Assembly (NCBI GenBank): GCA_964016885.1
Contig: CAXHJY010001542.1
Span: 1 to 46,782 of the forward strand
From: Eledone cirrhosa
Taxonomy: Eukaryota
Reading direction: 5' to 3'
DNA length: 46,782 nucleotides
Position numbers and translations under genes: made by a program. Below the pieces are notes generated by a model, which did no database searches, was not told where the DNA came from, and saw only the letters and a program-made list of their open reading frames with translations. Shown in pieces: positions 24,901 through 36,378 of the stretch (positions are counted from its first letter, which is position 1; every line of letters begins with the position of its first letter).

Positions 24901-26198
24901 AGACATGAAATATATACAGGACAGCTAAGGGTAATATTTACCTCACTAGAGAGACATGAAATATATACAGGACAGCCTAGGGTAATATTTACCTCACTAG
25001 AGAGACATGAAATATATACAGGACAATTAAGGGTAATATTTACCTCACTAGAGAGATATGAAATATATACAGGACAGCTAAGGGTAATATTTACCTCACT
25101 AGAGAGACATGAAATATATACAGGACAGCTAAGGGTAATATTTACCTCACTAGAGAGACATGAAATATATACAGGACAGCTAAGGGTAATATTTACCTCA
25201 CTAGAGAGATATGAAATATATACAGGACAGCTAAGGGTAATATTTACCTCACTACAGAGACATGAAATATATACAGGACAGCTAAGGGTAATATTTACCT
25301 TAATAGAGAGACATGAAATATATACAGGACAGCTAAGGGTAATATTTACCTCACTAGAGAGACATGAAATATATACAGGACAGCTAAGGGTAATATTTAC
25401 CTCACTAGAGAGACATGAAATATATACAGGACAGCTGAGGGTAATATTTACCTCACTAGAGAGATATGAAATATATACAGGACAGCTAAGGGTAATATTT
25501 ACCTCACTAGAGAGATATGAAATATATACAGGACAGCTAAGGGTAATATTTACCTCACTAGAGAGATATGAAATATATACAGGACAGCTAAGGGTAATAT
25601 TTACCTCACTAGAGAGATATGAAATATATACAGGACAGCTAAGGGTAATATTTACCTCACTAGAGAGATATGAAATATATACAGGACAGCTAAGGGTAAT
25701 ATTTACCTCACTAGAGAGACATGAAATATATACAGGACAGCTAAGGGTAATATTTACCTTAATAGAGAGACATGAAATATATACAGGACAGCTAAGGGTA
25801 ATATTTACCTTAATAGAGAGACATGAAATATATACAGGACAGCTAAGGGTAATATTTACCTCACTAGAGAGACATGAAATATATACAGGACAGCTAAGGG
25901 TAATATTTACCTCACTAGAGAGACATGAAATATATACAGGACAGCTAAGGGTAATATTTACCTCACTAGAGAGACATGAAATATATACAGGACAGCTAAG
26001 GGTAATATTTACCTTAATAGAGAGACATGAAATATATACAGGACAGCTAAGGGTAATATTTACCTCACTAGAGAGACATGAAATATATACAGGACAGCTA
26101 AGGGTAATATTTACCTGAATACTTTTCTCTCCCAAACATGATGTAAACCATGTCATACAAATGACCAGGAAAATTAGAGACAGTGTATTTCTTGCCAT
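6408..26198 (-). CDS. Secreted matrix metalloproteinase (M10A), 11 coding exons, 475 aa
   Basis: Joined exons 26198-26115, 18553-18462, 15911-15790, 15449-15368, 12497-12361, 11271-11026, 10805-10704, 9881-9723, 8930-8764, 7507-7359, 6495-6408 total 1428 nt with no internal stop. All introns are GT-AG with consistent phases. Motifs: signal peptide, [51 protein letters not shown], Met-turn ALMAP, Cys-bounded hemopexin domain. No orthologue assigned. Confidence 0.95.
6560..6745 (-). mobile_element. SINE family 1 (diverged)
   Basis: Same central domain and B-box remnant. Confidence 0.7.
7359..7507 (-). CDS. MMP exon 10 (hemopexin)
   Basis: [49 protein letters not shown]; GTAAGT donor. Confidence 0.9.
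7860..8249. mobile_element. pogo/Tigger-like non-autonomous DNA transposon (MITE)
   Basis: TIRs CAGTGGAACCTCAGTTCA / TGAACCGAAGTTCCACTG (16/18 match). TA target duplication is not intact. Confidence 0.6.
8251..8369. repeat. 24-bp minisatellite x5
   Basis: ACACACACATATACGAATATACGT. Confidence 0.92.
8560..8595 (+). ncRNA. Minimal type I hammerhead ribozyme motif (imperfect stem II)
   Basis: TCTT CTGATGA A-GAAC-TAGT-GTCC GAAA CG TT/AAGA. Stem I TCTT/AAGA; palindromic stem III AACGTT; GUU site. Confidence 0.6.
8764..8930 (-). CDS. MMP exon 9 (hemopexin)
   Basis: [26 protein letters not shown]...VRIFVIK; GTGAGT donor. Confidence 0.88.
9001..9138. repeat. Palindrome centred on a (TA)n run
   Basis: TGTCAGACATCTTGAAA...GCTGACAA (TA)n TTGTCAGC...TTTCAAGATGTCTGACA. 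Confidence 0.92.
9168..9360. mobile_element. Fold-back Penelope-like terminal-repeat remnant
   Basis: Inverted arms 9238-9292 and 9306-9360, a one-sided ~70-bp tail at 9168-9237, a hammerhead motif, and (TA)n flanks. Confidence 0.65.
9291..9347 (+). ncRNA. Type I hammerhead ribozyme motif
   Basis: ATGTGATTC CTGATGA TTTC-TAAT-GAAT GAAA CAG-TTCTAGTC-CTG TA/GAATCTCAT. Stem I 8/9 bp, 4-bp stem III, GUA site after 9338. Confidence 0.8.
9417..9664. repeat. Loopless palindrome with 124-bp arms
   Basis: Centre ATAAAG|CTTTAT at 9540/9541; one mismatch seen between the arms. Confidence 0.95.
9723..9881 (-). CDS. MMP exon 8 (hemopexin)
   Basis: [16 protein letters not shown]...[21 protein letters not shown]; strong polypyrimidine acceptor, GTATGT donor. 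Confidence 0.88.
9989..10275. repeat. (GAT/GGT)n microsatellite
   Basis: Seen directly. A pure (GAT)n run also lies at 7177-7210. Confidence 0.95.
10704..10805 (-). CDS. MMP exon 7 (hinge and first hemopexin Cys)
   Basis: [33 protein letters not shown]; donor GAG|GTCAGA gives the phase required by exon 8. Confidence 0.82.
10809..10968 (-). mobile_element. SINE family 1 (internally deleted) filling most of MMP intron 6
   Basis: Shares the head and tail of the family; the (ATT)n tail abuts the exon-7 acceptor. Confidence 0.8.
11026..11271 (-). CDS. MMP exon 6 (active site)
   Basis: [23 protein letters not shown]...[26 protein letters not shown]...[10 protein letters not shown]. Confidence 0.98.
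12361..12497 (-). CDS. MMP exon 5 (catalytic, structural Zn/Ca loop)
   Basis: [45 protein letters not shown]; GTAAGT donor. Confidence 0.96.
13229..13352. repeat. 59-bp tandem duplication
   Basis: TGGTGCATGAAGGTCACTGCTAGCTCTCACTGCGCTCA.AACCTTGTGTTTCTATCTGC twice. Confidence 0.9.
13410..14078 (-). mobile_element. Three consecutive SINE family 1 copies
   Basis: Copies at ~13427-13601, 13619-13820 and 13855-14078. The first is flanked by the 17-bp direct repeat ATGATATTTGAAATAAT (13410-13426, 13602-13618). Confidence 0.85.
14092..14185. repeat. Two adjacent short hairpins
   Basis: Palindrome at 14092-14125; perfect 21-bp arms at 14130-14150 and 14165-14185. Confidence 0.85.
14352..14510 (+). 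mobile_element. SINE family 1 (diverged, plus strand)
   Basis: GGTCAAATCC B box; ACCTTTCATCCC...TAAAGTACCAG. Confidence 0.7.
14654..15346. repeat. (TACA/CA/TA)n compound microsatellite with recurring GCCCATAAA
   Basis: Seen directly. Confidence 0.93.
15368..15449 (-). CDS. MMP exon 4 (start of catalytic domain)
   Basis: [26 protein letters not shown]; TTTTTTCAG acceptor, GTAAGT donor. Confidence 0.93.
15505..15729. repeat. (CTA/CTG)n trinucleotide tract
   Basis: Seen directly. Confidence 0.93.
15790..15911 (-). CDS. MMP exon 3 (cysteine switch)
   Basis: [40 protein letters not shown], flanked by AG/GT. Confidence 0.96.
15950..16142 (-). mobile_element. SINE family 1
   Basis: Matches the family head and tail. 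Confidence 0.8.
16238..16412. repeat. 29-30-bp minisatellite x6
   Basis: CCATCGTTATATCATAA(A)TGTTTATATATTT. Confidence 0.92.
16570..17082 (+). mobile_element. Decayed R4/Dong-clade LINE 3' fragment (restriction-like endonuclease domain)
   Basis: The frame from 16630 reads [31 protein letters not shown]...[15 protein letters not shown]...HMPG...[16 protein letters not shown], and the element ends in (TAA)n. Confidence 0.8.
17083..17442 (-). mobile_element. Two tandem SINE family 1 copies
   Basis: Copies at ~17083-17266 and 17270-17442. Confidence 0.82.
18035..18416 (-). mobile_element. Dispersed repeat family 2 with a (GAT)n tail (SINE-like)
   Basis: Homologous in reverse complement to 26835-27298 (shared GCCTACTGACTGTAG, GGGTCTTCT, TCCAGTGACATTGTCTT, GGATGC.CTTCCTAA..CCAACCACATTTACAGTGTGG). 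Confidence 0.75.
18462..18553 (-). CDS. MMP exon 2 (propeptide)
   Basis: TTTTTCTAG|[32 protein letters not shown]|GTAATA. Confidence 0.93.
19068..26114 (-). repeat. Intron-1 minisatellite, ~138 x 51 bp
   Basis: Minus-strand unit GTAAATATTACCCTTAGCTGTCCTGTATATATTTCATGTCTCTCTAGTGAG, highly homogeneous, starting at the first base of intron 1. Confidence 0.99.
26115..26198 (-). CDS. MMP exon 1 (signal peptide)
   Basis: [28 protein letters not shown]; donor CAG|GTAAAT, phase 0, matching exon 2. Confidence 0.88.
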
Positions 26199-26311
26199 CT
26201 TCTAGCTTTGTTTGAAGACTATCCTCGAAGTCTATCTACATATATATATATATTTATGTGTGTGCATGTGTATGTATGTGGGTAAGAGATAATGTGTGCA
26301 TTTATGTATGC

Positions 26312-26349
<38 letters not shown>

Positions 26350-26388
26350 CTAAACAACAATACATTCGACAATTTCTCCTCCCCACAC

Positions 26389-26557
<169 letters not shown>

Positions 26558-26628
26558 CAGAGACAGACAGAGAGAGGTGTGGGGAGAAGAAATTGTGGAA
26601 TGTATTGTTGTTTACAGATATTTATAAT

Positions 26629-26704
<76 letters not shown>

Positions 26705-26834
26705 TATATATATACACACATAAATACATGCAACATACACACAAAAATATATAGGATCTATACTTATGTATATACATATATATATATATATATACCTGGG
26801 ACGAGCTGATAGATTCCGACCTCACACACTTACA

Positions 26835-27298
26835 CCTCTCCAAGACAATGTCACTGGACCGAGACCTTTGGCGTACTCAGTAATAGAGAAGACCCACCTT
26901 ACCTAAATACAAAGTAAAACCTACTACAGTCAGTAGGCATCTCTAACAAAATACACCCCCGTCCCACCACCCCGACCCCATCCACACCGCCCCTTTCAAT
27001 GTAAAGTTATGTTGGTGCCACACCATCCAGGCCGAAACAAATGAGATTGTGTAGGTGTCACAACAAAAAAACACACAGTCCACGCTGTAATGTGGCCGTG
27101 TAGGTAACACGGTAAAAACCTCCCAGCCCCACACTGTAAATGTGGTTGGTGTTAGGAAGTGCATCCAGCCGTAGAAAACCCGCCAGACAGTCCTATGCGA
27201 GCAATGACAACCACTCTTGCCTCAAGTGGGAAAACTCCCGTCCAAACCCATGCAAGCGTGGAACATGGACGTTAAACGATGATGATGATGATGATGAT
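26835..27298 (+). mobile_element. Dispersed repeat family 2 with a (GAT)n tail
   Basis: Inverted homologue of 18035-18416; ends GGACGTTAAAC(GAT)n. Related pieces at ~12590-13015 and 37917-38030. Confidence 0.75.
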
Positions 27299-27299
27299 A

Positions 27300-27530
27300 T
27301 ATACACACATAAAAACATGCAACATACACACAAAAATATATAGGATCTATACTTATGTATATACACATATATATATACACACATAAATACATGTAACATA
27401 CACACAAAAATATATAGGATCTATACTTATGTATATACACATATATATATACACACATAAATACATGCAACATACACACAAAAATATATAGGATCTATAC
27501 TTATGTATATACACATATATATACACACAC
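27300..27530. repeat. ~74-bp tandem repeat x3, with a further copy at ~26710-26785
   Basis: ACATGCAACATACACACAAAAATATATAGGATCTATACTTATG recurs. Confidence 0.85.
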
Positions 27531-27658
27531 AGCTTCCTAAACAACACTTCAAAACTACTTATATGTTCCTGTTTCTCATCTGAGTTGGGAGTGTCTAAAC
27601 AATGTTGAGATGGTTCCAATTGATAGACAGGAGACGTCACCAGTTATATATATGTATA

Positions 27659-27728
<70 letters not shown>

Positions 27729-27747
27729 CATATATATGTATATATTA

Positions 27748-27793
<46 letters not shown>

Positions 27794-27794
27794 G

Positions 27795-27872
<78 letters not shown>

Positions 27873-27901
27873 CATATATATACATATATATATATATATT
27901 A

Positions 27902-27947
<46 letters not shown>

Positions 27948-27948
27948 G

Positions 27949-27999
<51 letters not shown>

Positions 28000-28059
28000 A
28001 TATACATATATATATATATACATATATATACATATATATACATATATATATATATATTA

Positions 28060-28125
<66 letters not shown>

Positions 28126-28149
28126 ATATATATTAATATATATATATAC

Positions 28150-28180
<31 letters not shown>

Positions 28181-28182
28181 CA

Positions 28183-28214
<32 letters not shown>

Positions 28215-28255
28215 CATATACACATACATATATATATACATATATGTATATATAC

Positions 28256-28374
<119 letters not shown>

Positions 28375-28429
28375 CATATATACATATATATATATATACA
28401 TATACATATATACATATATATATATATAC

Positions 28430-28460
<31 letters not shown>

Positions 28461-28470
28461 CATATGTATA

Positions 28471-28505
<35 letters not shown>

Positions 28506-28563
28506 TAATATATATATATACATATATATATATATATGTATATATATGTATATATATATATAC

Positions 28564-28732
<169 letters not shown>

Positions 28733-28781
28733 TAGTAATAATAATAAAATTGAAGACTAAAATCCAAAGAGGGCTCGCTAA

Positions 28782-28966
<185 letters not shown>

Positions 28967-29044
28967 CATATATATACATATATATAAACAAAATGGCGTA
29001 GGACAGAACAAAGGAGAGGCACAGAAACAAAGAAAGGAATCCCC

Positions 29045-29089
29045 AGTCACTGAAGAGGTCACAGAGTGTGTGACGAAAGAACTATGACT
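29045..29089 (+). ncRNA. Minimal type I hammerhead ribozyme motif
   Basis: AGTCA CTGAAGA G-GTCACA-GAGTG-TGTGAC GAAA GAAC TA/TGACT. Perfect 5-bp stem I, 6-bp stem II. Confidence 0.72.
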
Positions 29090-29295
29090 ATATATAAACA
29101 ACTATCTGGTTGTGGAACCAACCACCCAACCAGAAATTTATAAATTTATAAATTTATTATAATAAACTGAAGTGAAAGCAACTGGTGCGTGTGTTTCTTA
29201 TTGGCAACATGACCCTCCCAAAGTATAACAATATCGGTTTAAACACACGTTTTCAGATAAAGAATCTTCCTAAACAAATTCAGAAACGAAATATG

Positions 29296-29346
<51 letters not shown>

Positions 29347-29430
29347 GTATATATATATGTATATATATATGTATATATATAAAATAAAGTTAAATAAAAG
29401 TCAAATGATTAAAATTTAGCTTCGTTTATT

Positions 29431-29485
29431 ACTGCTATATATATTTCAGTGACAGCCATCTTTGGCTGTGACCTCTTCAGGCAGT
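29431..29485 (-). ncRNA. Minimal type I hammerhead (inverted copy)
   Basis: Exact reverse complement of 29731-29785. Confidence 0.82.
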
Positions 29486-29730
29486 TTGAATTAGTATGGT
29501 ATAGACAAGTACATATGTTGTTTAGGTGTATGATATTGTTTAGGTGTATGATATTGTTTAGGTGTATGATATTGTCAATACTCTGATATGCGAAAATTCG
29601 TTTGTTTGAATTCATATGACTCCAGTTCCGCAGTGAATTAACAACCCAGCAAGGAACTGGGCATATCAGAGTATTGACAATATCATACACCTAAACAACA
29701 TATGTACTTGTCTATACCATACTAATTCAA

Positions 29731-29785
29731 ACTGCCTGAAGAGGTCACAGCCAAAGATGGCTGTCACTGAAATATATATAGCAGT
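29731..29785 (+). ncRNA. Minimal type I hammerhead ribozyme motif
   Basis: ACTGC CTGAAGA GGTCACAGCCA-AAGA-TGGCTGTCACT GAAA TATATA TA/GCAGT. Confidence 0.82.
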
Positions 29786-29937
29786 AATAAACGAAGCTAA
29801 ATTTTAATCATTTGACTTTTATTTAACTTTATTTTACACTACTCCGGAGTAACCAAACCAACCTGCGCACTTCGTCGAGTGCTCCAGCCTGCATACTGAG
29901 GTGTTGGTATACAACCAACATAAACTCAAAATCTATG

Positions 29938-30019
<82 letters not shown>

Positions 30020-30127
30020 CATATATATATACATCAATATATATATACATCAATATATATATACATCAATATATATATACATATGTATATATATATATAT
30101 CTGTATATATATATCTGTATATATATA

Positions 30128-30183
<56 letters not shown>

Positions 30184-30426
30184 TATATACATCAATATAT
30201 ATATACATATGTATATATATATATGTATATATATATCTGTATATATATATATATATGTATAAATATATATCTGTATATATATATATGTATATATATATAT
30301 GTATATAACATATATGTATATATATATATGTATAAATATATATCTGTATATATATATATGTATATATATATATGTATATAACATATATGTATATATATAT
30401 ATGTATATACATATATATATGTATAT

Positions 30427-30460
<34 letters not shown>

Positions 30461-30478
30461 GTGTATATATATATATAC

Positions 30479-30527
<49 letters not shown>

Positions 30528-30937
30528 TATATATATATATGTATGTAACGATAAATTAACGGAGGCATAGGCCCTCGCTATTCCCTGTAAATAATGTGCT
30601 CAAAGGAGAAGAGATCCTGTGCTCTTTAAATTTTTGAGAAGAGTTCCTGAGCTCAACAAATTTTTGGTGAAACATATCTTTGAATTTGTACGTGTGTTAT
30701 ATAGTTATAGAGGTATTTATTTACGCTTTAATTTATATTTTTAATTATCGTGTCTATAGTCTGCCTTTCATAGGTTATAGATTCCATACACTCGTGGTGT
30801 TTTCCCTGTATTATTGATAACGCACTATATCTCTCTCTCTGGTGTGTTACCTTTTCAACATATTGTATATATATATATGTATATATATATGTATATATAT
30901 ATATATGTATATATATATGTATATATGTATGTATATA

Positions 30938-30980
<43 letters not shown>

Positions 30981-31031
30981 GTATATATATATATATGTAT
31001 ATATATATGTATATATATATATATATGTATG

Positions 31032-31062
<31 letters not shown>

Positions 31063-31341
31063 GTATATATAGTATATATATATGTATATATATATGTATA
31101 TATATATGTATGTATATATATATGTATATATATATGTATATATATATATATATGTATATATATATGTATATATATATATGTATATATATATAATATGTAT
31201 ATATATATGTATATATATATATGTATATATATATGTATATATATATATGGTATATATGTATATATATATGTATATATATATATGTATATATATATATATG
31301 TATATATATATATGTATATATATATGTATATTATATATATG

Positions 31342-31372
<31 letters not shown>

Positions 31373-31567
31373 GTATATAGTATATATGTATATATATATA
31401 TATATGTATATGTATATATGTATATATATATATGTATATGTATATATGTATATATATATATATATATGTATATGTATATATGTATATATATATATGTATA
31501 TATATATATGTAATATGTATATATATATATATATACTATATATGTAATATATGTATATATATATATG

Positions 31568-31626
<59 letters not shown>

Positions 31627-31649
31627 GTATATATGTATATATATATATG

Positions 31650-31734
<85 letters not shown>

Positions 31735-31836
31735 GTATATGTATATATGTATATATATATATGTATATATATATATATGTATATATATATATGTATATAT
31801 ATATATGTATATATATATATATGTATATATATATTA

Positions 31837-32439
31837 TGTCAGGTCACCACTTGGTGCTACTGGTAACATGTATCCCAGTACAACCTGTCTCATGGTCGGG
31901 TCGTTGGCGACTAAACTGGCAACCCCACCAAGGATTCTTGGTGAGGAGGGTGACTTTGGACATCCTGCAGGACTAAAAACAAAACCTGTCAAAGGGCAAA
32001 GGAGCTCTTAAGAGTCAATGGCCATCCAAAATCACTGGGAGAGATGACCCCTTAGCCTTTAAGGCAGAATTCTAGAAGGAAAACTCTGATATAACACCTG
32101 CAACCCTGATGGTATCCAATGATGTTGACTTGTTCTTCTTTTTGGTAAATATCATCTTGGTTAAGAGAGTGGGACTGGCTTTGTGCAGTGCCTTTGCTCA
32201 CTATAAAAGCTTCACGGCACAGGCATTGCTTTATATCTGGAGATCTCTCTGCACTTGCCGTCACATGGTAGCATGGGCCCAGCACTATGTGTCAATAATT
32301 GTCACAAGTGTAGTGTTTGTACCAGAGTTTTCAAGTCGCTGGCTGGACTAAAAAGTCACACTCGTTCAGCGCATGGGTAGGGGTTCTCCTACATGGATAT
32401 AAAGTAGTGGCCGTACTCGAAAACGAGTTGGCAGCCACC
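31837..32439. mobile_element. Unclassified GC-richer insert within (TA)n, possibly a LINE 5' fragment
   Basis: Sharp complex island between microsatellites; no diagnostic protein motif recognised. Confidence 0.3.
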
Positions 32440-32440
32440 A

Positions 32441-32500
<60 letters not shown>

Positions 32501-32546
32501 TGTATATGTATATATGTATATATATATATGTATATATATATATATG

Positions 32547-32593
<47 letters not shown>

Positions 32594-32608
32594 GTATATA
32601 TATATATG

Positions 32609-32687
<79 letters not shown>

Positions 32688-32691
<4 letters not shown>

Positions 32692-32851
32692 CTTTGAATA
32701 ACTTTGAAATGTTTTGGCCAGTAATGGCCCAGGCCATGTCTAACTTAATAGCACCACCTGGCGAAGTCTTTCAATTCAGGATTTGGGCACCATGGCCCAT
32801 TCGAGAAGAGAATTACTGTTTGCGGAGACATATCCGGGTGTGGGTGGTTTA
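32688..32851 (-). mobile_element. Second, ~160-bp 3'-end copy of the same CR1
   Basis: Near-identical to 34210-34371 with a few substitutions; tail (TTCAAAGTTA)2; inside (TA)n. Confidence 0.92.
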
Positions 32852-32904
32852 TATGTATATATATGTATATATATATATACATATATATATATATACATAT
32901 ATAC

Positions 32905-32985
<81 letters not shown>

Positions 32986-33021
32986 CATATATATATATAC
33001 ATATATACATATACATATACA

Positions 33022-33055
<34 letters not shown>

Positions 33056-33089
33056 CATATATATATATACATATATACATATACATATA

Positions 33090-33121
<32 letters not shown>

Positions 33122-33122
33122 C

Positions 33123-33154
<32 letters not shown>

Positions 33155-33155
33155 G

Positions 33156-33348
<193 letters not shown>

Positions 33349-33569
33349 GTATATATATATGTATATATATATATATATATTTATGTATATATATATATAT
33401 ATGTATATATATATGTATATATATGTATATATATATGTATATATATGTATATATATATGTATATATATATATATGTATATATATATGTATATATATATAT
33501 GTATATATATATGTATATATATATGTATATATTTGTATATATATATATATATGTATATATATGTACATA

Positions 33570-33622
<53 letters not shown>

Positions 33623-33637
33623 GTATATATATATATG

Positions 33638-33668
<31 letters not shown>

Positions 33669-33775
33669 GTATATATATGTATATACATATGTATATATAT
33701 GTATATATATATGTATATACATATGTATATATATGTGTATATATGTATATATATATGTATATATATATATACATA

Positions 33776-33808
<33 letters not shown>

Positions 33809-34207
33809 ATATATATATATGTATATATATATGTATATATATGTATATATATATGTATATACATATGTATATATATATGTATATATATGTATATATATAT
33901 ATATATATTTGTATATATATGTGAAAATATATATGTATGTATATATGTATATATATGTGTATATATGTATATATATGTGTATATATATGTGTATATATGT
34001 ATATACATGTATATATATATGTATATATATATGCATATATATATATATATATATGTGTATATATGTATATATGTCTATATATGTATATATATATATATAT
34101 GTATATATGTATATATGTGTATATATGTATATATATGTGTATACATGTATATATATGTGTATACATGTATATATATATGTATATATGTGTATATATGTAT
34201 ATATATA

Positions 34208-35631
34208 TATAATTTTGAATAACTTTGAAATGTTTTGGCCAGTATTGGCCCAGGCCATGTCTAACTTAATAGCACCACCTGGCGAAGTCTTTCAATTCAT
34301 GATTTGGGCACCATGGCCCATTCGAGAAGAGAATTACTGTTTGCGGAGACGTATCCGGGTGTGGGTGGTTTGTCCGGGATTACTTGGAGGAATTTGTCCA
34401 AAGACTTCATGAATTTTGTGTGGTCAGTTTCTGTTTTGACGTGTCCTAGTGTGATGTTGAAGAGAGCAGGGCCAATTGAGGTGAAATAATTGTGCCGTAT
34501 TGTTGTTATGAGTTGCGATTTAGATTTTTGTTTGGGACGGATAGCACGGGGCCCAAGCCTTGGGTGTATTTTGAAGGCGATGCCAACATCATTTGGGCAG
34601 TGATGATGGAACATTTTCCACATCATGCAGATAATATAACGCTCACGGCGACGTTGGAGTGAGTAAAGTTTCAGCTTTTCTAGTCGACCCCAGTAGTCAA
34701 GGTCTGACATGCCATCTATCTTTTTCGTGATTGCCCTTTGAGGAGCTTCAAGTTTCATGATACTTTGTTTCGTGTGGGGAGACCACAGTGGACAACAGTA
34801 TTCAAGGTGTGGTCGGGCAAAAGTAGAGAAGAGAAGGATAATGGTGTGGGAATCTCTCGACTGGAAGGTTCTGAGGATCCAGGAACACATTCTGCGGGCC
34901 ATGTCAACTTTGCTGCTTATATGCGTGGCCCAGCTTATGTTGCTGTCCACGGTTACTCCCAAGTCTCTGATGTTGTTAGATGCCACGAGAGTTTCACCGG
35001 AGGGAAGGGAGTACGGGAGTTTCAGAGCATCCTCTTTTCCAAAGTGGATCAGTTCGAATTTGTCTTCGTTCAGTAACATGTTGTTCTTTTCCGCCCATTG
35101 GGTAACAGCGAGTAGGTCTGACTGAAGGCTTATCCGGTCATCCATGCCATTGATGACCTTTTGGAGCTTGGAATCATCAGCGAAAATTTTAATGTTGCTG
35201 TGTTTGATGATGTCAGTGATGTCATTAATATAGATGATGAAGAGAAGTGGGCCCAACACAGTGCCCTGTGGGACCCCACTACTGACTTTGGCTGGGCTGG
35301 ATTTGACTCCTTCAACTACAACATGTTGGGTTCTGTTTGACAGGAAGCTCTTGATCCACTGCAGCAGCTTTCCAGTGACACCAATATTGGACAGTTTTCT
35401 CAGTAGAATGTTGTGATCAACCCTGTCAAAGGCCTTGCTGAAATCAAGGTAGATAACATCAGTGTTGGAACCCTCTCCCAAGGCTCTCAAAATGTCATCA
35501 AAGTGATGCAGTAACTGCGTCAGACAATCCCTTCCATTACGGAATCCATGCTGGTTGGAGTTCAGCATATTGTTACTCTCAAGGAAGTGGGTCATTCGCG
35601 ATCTCACCACTCTCTCAAATACCTTAATGAT
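34208..35631 (-). mobile_element. 5'-truncated CR1-clade LINE
   Basis: Uninterrupted RT ORF plus a ~90-nt 3'UTR ending in TTCAAAGTTA-type repeats, embedded in (TA)n. Confidence 0.92.
34297..35631 (-). pseudogene. CR1-type reverse transcriptase ORF2, C-terminal part
   Basis: QHGFR, YLDFSKAFDRVDH, SGVPQGTVLGPLLF, FADD, RDLGV, RPHLEYC..W, SLQRRRER. No endonuclease domain or true start. Confidence 0.93.
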
Positions 35632-36288
35632 ATATATGTTTAGATGTGTATATATGTATATATATGTTTATATATGTTTACATATGTATATATATATATA
35701 TGTGTATAGATGTGTATATATGTGTATATATGTATATATATATGTATATATATATATATGTATATATATATAAATGTATAAGTATATATATGTATATGTA
35801 TATATACGTATATATGTATATATGTATATATATATGTATGTGTATATATATATATGTATGTATATATATATATGTATGTATATATATATATATATATATA
35901 AGAATGTATATATATATATGTATGTGTATATATATATGTATGTGTATATATATATGTATGTGTATATATATACGTTAACGGAGCCATAGACTTTTGCCGT
36001 TCCCTGTCAATAATGTGCTCAAAGGAGAGGAAATCCTGAGCACTTTAAAATACAATATGTTGAAAAGGTAACACAATAGAGAGATATACAGTGCGCCATT
36101 AATAAAACAGGGAAAAACCACTTGTATATATATATATGTATATATATATAAGTATATATGTATATGTATATATATATGTATATCTCTATATATATATGTA
36201 TATGTATATATATATATGTATATATATATATGTATATCTCTATATATATATGTATATATATATATATGTATATCTCTATATATATATG

Positions 36289-36378
<90 letters not shown>

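Larger units (their letters stand above)
29380..29932. mobile_element. Fold-back Penelope-like terminal-repeat remnant
   Basis: Arms 29380-29591 and 29661-29836 (the left arm has an 18-bp unit triplicated), a hammerhead in both arms, a one-sided tail, and (TA)n flanks. Confidence 0.7.

Noticed and set aside
19068-26114. CRISPR-like regular array
   Set aside because: There are no unique spacers; the units are contiguous and near-identical, in a eukaryotic intron.
24294-26198. 634-aa single-exon secreted repeat protein as a stand-alone gene
   Set aside because: The first 28 codons splice in phase to a canonical MMP propeptide exon. The rest is intron read-through, kept only as a hypothetical isoform.
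31840-31935. HDV-like ribozyme at the start of the unclassified insert
   Set aside because: Only an imperfect GGTCACC/GGCGACT pairing was found. The P2, P3, P1.1 and catalytic-C arrangement could not be assigned.
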